From assembly GCA_002482775.1 (NCBI GenBank), contig DLGQ01000039.1, forward strand, positions 66,182 to 130,181: DNA of 64,000 nucleotides, in the 5' to 3' direction. The notes under the pieces were generated by a model that was not told the origin of the DNA, searched no databases, and saw nothing but the letters and a program-made list of their open reading frames with translations. The position numbers and the translations under genes are program-made. Within the stretch, counting starts at the first letter, position 1; each line of letters starts with the position of its first letter. The DNA comes from Flavobacteriales bacterium UBA7690. Its GTDB lineage: Bacteria; Bacteroidota; Bacteroidia; Flavobacteriales_F; PHOS-HE28. Of the stretch, positions 58,335 to 63,941 are shown in pieces.

Positions 58335-58752
58335 TGTGCCTCCTCACCCAAGGATCGAAACCAGTGGTGGGGGAATCATCGCTCGCAGGATCATCGGCCG
58401 TCCTGATCAGCTGCTTCTTGAATGCCCAGTGCCTCAGTTGCGCGCTGGTCCGCACGTTGAAGTTCCTCCCCAAATGAGTGAAGTAGGCCAGAACGGTACG
58501 CTCCTGCAATCCCAATGCGTGTCTGATCTCTTCATCCGTTAGCTCCGGATGTTGGCATACGTACTGAACGAAAACCCATTCGCGTGGTGTGATCCGGGCG
58601 AGGATATGTTCCCGCGTACCCAATTCCGGGTCCTCGTTGGCCCCATACAGCGCATTGTAGACCTTGGGCCCATGGTTGAAACGCGCCAAGGCAAGCGATG
58701 ACGGCGCGCTACCGTAGCCGAGACAAATGGAACGTTCCTGTTCATCAGCCAT
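58330..58752 (-). CDS. LuxR/GerE-type helix-turn-helix protein
   Basis: ITPREWVFVQYVCQHPELTDEEIRHALGLQERTVLAYFTHLGRNFNVRTSAQLRHWA fits the LuxR C-terminal HTH pattern. Start is uncertain (58752/58764/58785). The stop codon is the CTA of the repeat terminus GGTCTAGA. Confidence 0.5.
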   Translation of the reverse strand: MADEQERSICLGYGSAPSSLALARFNHGPKVYNALYGANEDPELGTREHILARITPREWVFVQYVCQHPELTDEEIRHALGLQERTVLAYFTHLGRNFNVRTSAQLRHWAFKKQLIRTADDPASDDSPTTGFDPWVRRHI

Positions 58753-59214
58753 ACTCCCATCCATTCGGCCCGGGAGAAGGCGCATTGAACGATACCAAAT
58801 TGGATCAAATACACCTGATCGGGACCAGCAGGTAGCATTGGTTACGAACCGGACCGAGTTGATCAACAACGCTCGTGGAAACCACTCCGAACCGCTCTAC
58901 ATGAAGAAGAGGGTATTTGCACTCGCGAACCGCAAGCCCTTTCTTCTCGCAAACGTTCCCATCAAAAACGAAACCGCCGGCCGGGGAATGCATCCTGCAA
59001 CGCACTTGACCGCATCCTTCAGTGTCCTGCGAGATCCCAGCGATGCGACCAAAGGCCACTCCGTAAGCTACCGCCGCCAAAGCCCGCGGAACAACAGCAT
59101 ACATGGCAGATGCATGCCAGGCGCTGGTTCATCGCGCACGATCGTATCGTGCATCGCACCTAGGCGACGCGCGGCAGGACCCAGAGAAGATGGTGTGGTG
59201 AGCACGGCTACGGG

Positions 59215-59318
59215 CCGCAGGCTTGCCTTCCGGAGGCAGGGTCGCCCGCTCAGCGCTTCGCTAGGCCTCGCGAGCAGCAGGAACCGGATGGGAGAACAAC
59301 CCGTGGCAGCCTATGATC
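59215..59318 (+). repeat. structured intergenic repeat, copy e (long form, with extra hairpin insert)
   Basis: CCGCAGG-[CTTGCCTTCCGGAGGCAGG]-GTCGCCCGCTCAGCGCTTCGCTAGGCCTCGCGAGCAGCAGGAACCGG...ACCCGTGGCAGCCTATGA. Confidence 0.7.
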
Positions 59319-59345
59319 CTCGGACATTCCAACGCTGCGTGCACC

Positions 59346-60026
59346 TCAATACAGCGGAACGATACGGCCATTCTCAATGCGGCCTTTGAAGCGGATGGTG
59401 TCGCCCACTTGGAAGAGCACCTCTTCGAGCATGATGTCACGATGGCCACCACGCCCGTTGCCGATGACGTAGCTGTCCACCATGCCGGAGCGACCTTGCA
59501 GGGCCTTCACGGCGCGTATATCGTCGGCATATTCCTGATCGAAGAGCGTGGAGACGTGGTTGCTTCGGAACCTCCCGCCAAGCTTGCCGCTGTGATCGCC
59601 CGGCGTCCACATGAGCGTGATGGAATCGGGGAGAGCGGTGTAGCTGACATCCCCGATGGAAACCACCAGGCCGGGTGCTCCCATGAAGATGACATCGTCA
59701 TCATGATCGTAACGTGGTCCGCTGCTGGGGCCGCTGCTGCGTCCACCGGTCGGTCCGCTCATGTCCATCAGCAGGGCTTGGGTCAAGGCGTAGGCCGCTA
59801 CGTCCGCGTGGGAGAAGGGCGCACGCACCGTGCCTGCGGAGACCACGATGGCCTGCAGTTCGGGCAAGGCTTTGATGCGTTCCACCTCGTTGTACCGCTC
59901 CGCCTGCATCCGCTCGATGCCCACCACATCCCGGTTGAACTTGCTTACGAGGGCATAGATGCCGAGACCAGCGACCAGCAGAATGAACACACCCGAAATG
60001 AGCAGGATCTTGAAGGCTCGACGCAT
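59346..60026 (-). CDS. N-terminally membrane-anchored hypothetical protein (possibly GIDE-domain-like)
   Basis: MRRAFKILLISGVFILLVAGLGIYALV TM anchor. GTVRAPFSHADVAAYAL loosely recalls GIDE domains. The longest-ORF ATG (60074) lies inside repeat copy f. Confidence 0.45.
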   Translation of the reverse strand: MRRAFKILLISGVFILLVAGLGIYALVSKFNRDVVGIERMQAERYNEVERIKALPELQAIVVSAGTVRAPFSHADVAAYALTQALLMDMSGPTGGRSSGPSSGPRYDHDDDVIFMGAPGLVVSIGDVSYTALPDSITLMWTPGDHSGKLGGRFRSNHVSTLFDQEYADDIRAVKALQGRSGMVDSYVIGNGRGGHRDIMLEEVLFQVGDTIRFKGRIENGRIVPLY

Positions 60027-60055
60027 GGGACGAAAGTAGAACAGTGCATGGCGAG

Positions 60056-60150
60056 GCGCAGGGTTTTCGCTCATCGCTTCTCAAGGTCTCGCGTGTAGCG
60101 GACATCCCGCTGTTCAGCGGGACCGGCGGAGGTTTGGGGGGAAACACCTG
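60056..60150 (+). repeat. structured intergenic repeat, copy f (long form)
   Basis: GCGCAGGGTTTTCGCTCATCGCTTCTCAAGGTCTCGCGTGTAGCGGACATCCCGCTGTTCAGCGGGACCGGCGGAGGTTTGGGGGGAAACACCTG. Confidence 0.75.
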
Positions 60151-60182
60151 ATCTTGAGGTCACAAATTGTGACCTCAAGATC
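60150..60182. promoter_or_regulatory. 33-nt perfect palindrome 12 nt upstream of the ORF6N start codon
   Basis: GATCTTGAGGTCACA-AAT-TGTGACCTCAAGATC: 15-bp arms and a 3-nt centre. Confidence 0.6.
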
Positions 60183-60194
60183 TACTTTGGTGCC

Positions 60195-60773
60195 ATGAGC
60201 AAGGCGCTGGTCAAGATCCCGGACGAGATGGTCGCGCGGAGGATCTTCTCGATCCGTGGCGAGAACGTGATGCTCGACACCGACCTGGCACAGCTATATG
60301 GCGTGGAGACCAAAGTGCTCAAGCAGCAAGTCAAGCGTAACGTCCAGAGCTTCCCGGAGGATTTCATGTTCGAGCTGACAGCTGAGGAGTTCGAGCACTT
60401 GAGGTCACAAATTGTGACCTCAAGACATGGCGGCGCCCGGTACATGCCCATGGCCTTCACCGAGCATGGCGTCCTCATGCTGTCCAGTGTGCTCAAGAGC
60501 CCGCGCGCACGTGCCGTGAACATCCAGATCATGCGCCTCTTCGTGAAGATGCGTGAGCACCTGCTGACGCACAAGGATGTGCTCCTTCAACTGGAGAAAC
60601 TGCGTGGCACTTCGAAAGAGCACGCGGGCAAGATCGCGGTGATCTTCAAGTACCTGAAGCAGATGGAGCAGCGCCAGCAAGAGACCGAACTACTTGACGA
60701 GATCCGGCGTGGCAAGGGGAAGAACCCCATCGGCTTCAAGGCTGTGACCGAGCGGCGCGGCACGAAGAAGTGA
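60195..60773 (+). CDS. ORF6N-domain (KilA-N-related) protein
   Basis: IFSIRGENVMLDTDLAQLYGVETKVLKQQVKRNVQSFPEDFMFELT..EEFEHLRSQIVTS..GGARYMPMAFTEHGVLMLSSVLKS matches the ORF6N domain as I remember it. Confidence 0.85.
   Translation: MSKALVKIPDEMVARRIFSIRGENVMLDTDLAQLYGVETKVLKQQVKRNVQSFPEDFMFELTAEEFEHLRSQIVTSRHGGARYMPMAFTEHGVLMLSSVLKSPRARAVNIQIMRLFVKMREHLLTHKDVLLQLEKLRGTSKEHAGKIAVIFKYLKQMEQRQQETELLDEIRRGKGKNPIGFKAVTERRGTKK
60398..60425. repeat. second exact copy (28 nt) of the palindrome, inside the ORF6N coding sequence
   Basis: CTTGAGGTCACAAATTGTGACCTCAAGA is identical to 60153..60180. It encodes LRSQIVTSR. Confidence 0.9.
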
Positions 60774-60786
60774 TCACGGCTCCGGG

Positions 60787-60860
60787 CCGCAGGGTCGTCC
60801 GCTCAAAAGCAGCGGACAGACCCGGCGGAGGTTTGTGTGGACACCCTGCGGTGGTCTAGA
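60787..60860 (+). repeat. structured intergenic repeat, copy g (short form, best preserved)
   Basis: CCGCAGGGT-C-GTCCGCT-CAAAAGC-AGCGGAC-AGACCCGGCGGAGGTTTGTGTGG-AC-ACCCTGCGG-TGGTCTAGA. Has a 9-bp outer stem and a 7-bp inner hairpin. Confidence 0.85.
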
Positions 60861-61275
60861 AGGCATCATGCGACTGTCGCGATCGCAGTCCTGCATACAT
60901 CCAACAGCTAAAGGCGAACTCCTTCTCTTCAGCATCTCTTCCCCAATCGTAGATCATCCGAAAGGTCAGACACGTCTCGATCAATGCTCTCAACAACACA
61001 TTGGCGGACTGCAAGTCGACGACCTTTCCACTCAGTTCCTTGTTGTAAGCGTTCGAGAATGAGTAGCCCTCCAGCAGACTCTTCATCGACATTGTATGGT
61101 ATGCGATCTTGAACCCGAGCTTCTCCGAATAGGTCAGCCATTCCAGCTCGCGCGTTCTTGCTTCATGCGGAGCCTCAATAAGATAACCTGCAAGGTCAAC
61201 AAGCCGACTGAAGTTCCGAAAATGGAGTGATGCGTCCTTACTTCCGGCCTCTTTGAGGAGTTGTAGGAGAATCAT
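60856..61275 (-). CDS. cassette ORF C5, hypothetical protein
   Basis: 139 aa from MILLQLLKEAG (a GTG-extended ORF runs to 61290). Follows the decayed carB-tail copy R5. Stop codon lies in the terminus of repeat copy g. Lower GC. Confidence 0.45.
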   Translation of the reverse strand: MILLQLLKEAGSKDASLHFRNFSRLVDLAGYLIEAPHEARTRELEWLTYSEKLGFKIAYHTMSMKSLLEGYSFSNAYNKELSGKVVDLQSANVLLRALIETCLTFRMIYDWGRDAEEKEFAFSCWMYAGLRSRQSHDAF

Positions 61276-61282
61276 TGTATCA

Positions 61283-61351
61283 ACACCCACCTAAAGAACG
61301 GCCCTTCAGATCCTTGATGAAGTAGATCTCCTCGCTGGTGCTACGCATCAT
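61283..61351 (-). repeat. carB-tail repeat R5 (decayed: frameshifted, 3' part missing)
   Basis: The minus strand reads ATGATGCGTAGCACCAGCGAGGAGATCTACTTCATCAAGGATCTGAAGG-GCCGTTCTTTAGGTGGGTGT, i.e. MMRSTSEEIYFIKDLKG followed by a 1-nt deletion. Confidence 0.75.
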
Positions 61352-61619
61352 TCTCGGCGTATTGAATGAGTCGCTCACCGATCGCCATCATGGGATCATT
61401 GGTGCCATGCGCGGCTTTCCAGTCAAACACAAAGTCACGTGCGATAGAGACCTCGAGGAAGTAATCTTTCCCATACATCCGCTGGAACCCGACCAGTGCC
61501 CCATCTTCTTGACCAGGACCGACAACCGCTTCTGAATGAACCGTCCATGGACGAGCAGCACAAATCGTGTCCTCTTCGTTGAACGAATCTATCTTCTCTA
61601 TGACGTCCAATAAGGTCAT
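61341..61619 (-). CDS. cassette ORF C4, small hypothetical protein
   Basis: 92 aa, acidic. ATG is 2 nt after the stop of R4. Its own stop lies 8 nt inside R5. Confidence 0.5.
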   Translation of the reverse strand: MTLLDVIEKIDSFNEEDTICAARPWTVHSEAVVGPGQEDGALVGFQRMYGKDYFLEVSIARDFVFDWKAAHGTNDPMMAIGERLIQYAENDA

Positions 61620-61621
61620 GC

Positions 61622-61744
61622 CTACCGACTGAGGTACATCGAGCGTTCACTATACACCTGTCGGAAGAACCCCGCATCAACGTGCGGGGCAGGCTCCTCC
61701 TTCAGCTCCTTGATGAAGTAAATCGCTTCGCCGGTGCTCTTCAT
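61622..61744 (-). repeat. carB-tail repeat R4 (intact 40-codon ORF with 9-codon in-frame insert)
   Basis: MKSTGEAIYFIKELKE[EPAPHVDAG]FFRQVYSERSMYLSR*. The ATG overlaps the stop of C3 (ATGA). Confidence 0.85.
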
Positions 61745-62043
61745 TCGGCACGGTATGAGTGGAACGTTCCAAATCTAAGGTACCCGGTCTCCTTCGCTTC
61801 TTCGGCCTTCGTCTTGAGTTCGGCTGCAACCAAATGTGATCGATGACGATCCTCGAATGGTTCAAGATCCTCGATGCCTACCACTGTCATCTTGTAGTGT
61901 TCAGCAGCAGCCTTGACCTCGCCTGAGAATTCAACAGCATCCTTCACGAACGCAACAACTTGAACGAAGCTGTTCTCTTTGATCAATTCGCAACCTCGTT
62001 CAGGACGCAGATGTACCAGTCCGATCCAGACGCGCTTCATCAT
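61741..62043 (-). CDS. cassette ORF C3, small hypothetical protein
   Basis: 100 aa from MMKRVWIGLVHL. ATG is 3 nt after the stop of R3 (a TTG at 62046 abuts it). Confidence 0.5.
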   Translation of the reverse strand: MMKRVWIGLVHLRPERGCELIKENSFVQVVAFVKDAVEFSGEVKAAAEHYKMTVVGIEDLEPFEDRHRSHLVAAELKTKAEEAKETGYLRFGTFHSYRAE

Positions 62044-62046
62044 CAA

Positions 62047-62163
62047 CTAACGGCTCAGATACATGGACTGCTCCCCGCACACCTGCTTAAAGAGCGGATC
62101 CCTCAGGTCCTTGATGAAGTAGATAACCCTGCCTCCGGCAGGCAGGCTCCTTGTGTTCTTCAT
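62047..62163 (-). repeat. carB-tail repeat R3 (intact 38-codon ORF, most diverged, in-frame hairpin insert)
   Basis: MKNTRSLPAGGRVIYFIKDLRDPLFKQVCGEQSMYLSR*. The ATG overlaps the stop of C2 (ATGA). Confidence 0.85.
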
Positions 62164-62936
62164 TGACCCTTCTTCATTGGAACGATTGGTTCACACCGTT
62201 CAAAGTACAGTGTGTCCCAGAGGCGCGCATCCATGCTCATGACCATTCGGCTCTCATCGATCTCAAAGATGGGTGCACGTGCTCCAACAATGCACCCACG
62301 ACCGAGGCCAATGGCACTGTCTGCGGGCTCCCAACTGTACTCGATCACTGAATCGGGATTGTTCTCTGCATAGATGCGAGCTAGACAGTCACGCCCTAAA
62401 TGCAGCGTGAAGTCATTCAACTCATCCGGATAGTTCACCAACTTGATAGGTCGCCAGCTCGCCGCGCGCAACTTCCACCAACCCGCAACTCTTCTATAGA
62501 GCGCATCCCCAGCTCGAAGTTCAGCCAGTGACTGTGCAAAGTCCGACTTCCACGGACGATCAAGATTGCGATAGATGAGGGTGGTACCCTTCGATGAGAT
62601 ACTGATCGAGGCACTATCGATCACCTGCAACTGATATTTCACCTCTTGACCAACGAGAACGTTCGCATCCTTCACAACTAAACAGCTATCGACCAAATAG
62701 CGATCCTTGCCTTGGGCAAATCGCCAGAATTCATTGCCACTCGTGATGATGATCACGTCAGTACCCCACGGCCGTGAAGCACCTACGACTGAATCGAGTC
62801 CCCATTCACCGATCGCCGTGAATATTCCTTGACGTCCAATCGATCCCGTCGCATCATGACCAGTTGGCGGTGCGCAGGAGATAACGAGACTCGCGAAGAA
62901 CAAGAAGAGTCCGATCATCCTGACTTCGCGCTTCAT
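62160..62936 (-). CDS. cassette ORF C2, predicted lipoprotein of unknown function
   Basis: 258 aa. Signal plus lipobox MIGLFLFFASLVISC. ATG is 3 nt after the stop of R2. Confidence 0.6.
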   Translation of the reverse strand: MKREVRMIGLFLFFASLVISCAPPTGHDATGSIGRQGIFTAIGEWGLDSVVGASRPWGTDVIIITSGNEFWRFAQGKDRYLVDSCLVVKDANVLVGQEVKYQLQVIDSASISISSKGTTLIYRNLDRPWKSDFAQSLAELRAGDALYRRVAGWWKLRAASWRPIKLVNYPDELNDFTLHLGRDCLARIYAENNPDSVIEYSWEPADSAIGLGRGCIVGARAPIFEIDESRMVMSMDARLWDTLYFERCEPIVPMKKGQ

Positions 62937-62939
62937 GGC

Positions 62940-63038
62940 CTAGCGGCTCAAATACATTGACCTCTCCTCATACACCTGCCTAAAGAACGGCTCCTTCAGG
63001 TCCTTGATGAAGTAGATCGCTTCGCCGGTGCTCTTCAT
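62940..63038 (-). repeat. carB-tail repeat R2 (intact 32-codon ORF)
   Basis: MKSTGEAIYFIKDLKEPFFRQVYEERSMYLSR*. By hand alignment 85 of 99 nt are identical to R1, and most differences are synonymous. Confidence 0.9.
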
Positions 63039-63039
63039 T

Positions 63040-63846
63040 TCACTGAATTGATCTCCGAGGCAAACGGCCGTATGCGTACCTCGTCGTACTCCGTAAGCTT
63101 AAAGTGGTCCGCAATAGCCCGTCTTCATCATAGACATTACGTTCATGGCTGTTGATCTTGCCCTTGATGAGCTCATACCGCTCCACCTCCCTGCCCTGCT
63201 CATCCCTGTTCACCACCTTGATCGCAGATAATGAAGAAGTGTCAAGCTCAGCCAGCAGCGGGTGCACATCCCGAATGTCGTAAACGGTCCGGTCCCGGTA
63301 TACCACCTTGCCGTACTCGTCCAGGTTGATCTGTTCCATTCTCCGTCCTAGGCTATCATATGTGTACGTCCGCGTGTAATCACTGCGCCACCTAGGCGGG
63401 TTTGAGATCCTGCTGATCCGCCCTTCGCTGTCATATTCCCAAATGGTGACCCCTGTCTTTTCCATTCGACCTTTTTCGTCAACGCCATAGTCCGTGACGG
63501 AAAAGAGATGCCCATGCTTATAGCGGAAGTTGTACCTGCTCAAATCGTGAAAGTTCTGAACCTGAACCCTTATTCTTCTCTTCCTATCGTAGATGTATGA
63601 ATCATGGACGGGTGACTTCTCTCCTTTGAACCAAGAGAACTGCTCCCGTTCCAACCCATCTTGATCATAATAGGTGATACTGGTGGTATCCACCCTCGTT
63701 GTATCGGTGGCGTATACTGTGGTGACGATACAAGCGGAATCAAGCCGCTGCCCTAAACAGAAGGATGTCAATAGCACCAGTCCTGAGATGAACAGCAACC
63801 GCAATGCGGATACCCGTTCGCTATGCGATACGGGCGCGCTGATCAT
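63040..63846 (-). CDS. cassette ORF C1, secreted/lipoprotein-like protein with YD-type repeats
   Basis: 268 aa. Hydrophobic N-terminus LRLLFISGLVLLTSFC. Repeated YDxxG motifs (YYDQDGLE, WEYDSEGRISRI, YTYDSLGRRMEQ, VYDEDGLLRT). The ATG overlaps the carB stop (ATGA). Confidence 0.6.
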   Translation of the reverse strand: MISAPVSHSERVSALRLLFISGLVLLTSFCLGQRLDSACIVTTVYATDTTRVDTTSITYYDQDGLEREQFSWFKGEKSPVHDSYIYDRKRRIRVQVQNFHDLSRYNFRYKHGHLFSVTDYGVDEKGRMEKTGVTIWEYDSEGRISRISNPPRWRSDYTRTYTYDSLGRRMEQINLDEYGKVVYRDRTVYDIRDVHPLLAELDTSSLSAIKVVNRDEQGREVERYELIKGKINSHERNVYDEDGLLRTTLSLRSTTRYAYGRLPRRSIQ

Positions 63847-63941
63847 CGGCTGAGGTACATGGAACGCTCCCCATACACCTGCCTGAAGAACGGATCCTTC
63901 AGGTCCTTGATGAAGTAGATCGCCTCGCCAGTGCTCTTCAT
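63843..63941 (-). repeat. carB-tail repeat R1 (the native terminus of carB: last 32 codons + TGA)
   Basis: MKSTGEAIYFIKDLKDPFFRQVYGERSMYLSR*. This is the reference copy for R2-R5. Confidence 0.9.

Noticed and set aside
58805-59104. 99-aa Cys-rich minus-strand ORF in the gap upstream of the LuxR-HTH gene
   Set aside because: It has no motif or signal I can trust, and an equally long frame exists on the opposite strand. It is reported only as part of the unassigned region.
55811-60860. Calling the structured intergenic repeats integron attC sites (a CALIN)
   Set aside because: The one-gene-per-repeat spacing and imperfect palindromy are attC-like. Terminal strings such as GTCTAAA/GTCTAGA only loosely resemble RYYYAAC. 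However, I cannot identify a complementary R''/R' pair (RYYYAAC...GTTRRRY) at the two ends, the conserved stem lies internal to the GGTCTAGA terminus, and no intI is in the window. It is left as an open finding rather than a feature call.
60843-60865. Possible relatedness between the 3' end of the intergenic repeat (ACACCCTGCGGTGGTCTAGAAGGC) and the plus-strand carB-tail sequence (ACACCTGCCTAAAGAACGGC)
   Set aside because: The similarity is limited to ACACC(C)TGC and CTA(A/G)A..GGC with a 6-nt gap. That is too short and gappy to distinguish from chance without statistics.
61283-63941. Whether the regularly spaced carB-tail copies could be a CRISPR array
   Set aside because: The repeats are 99-123 nt and translate into a conserved protein tail. 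The 'spacers' are 280-810 nt and are complete ORFs. There is no short palindromic repeat unit, no leader and no cas genes.
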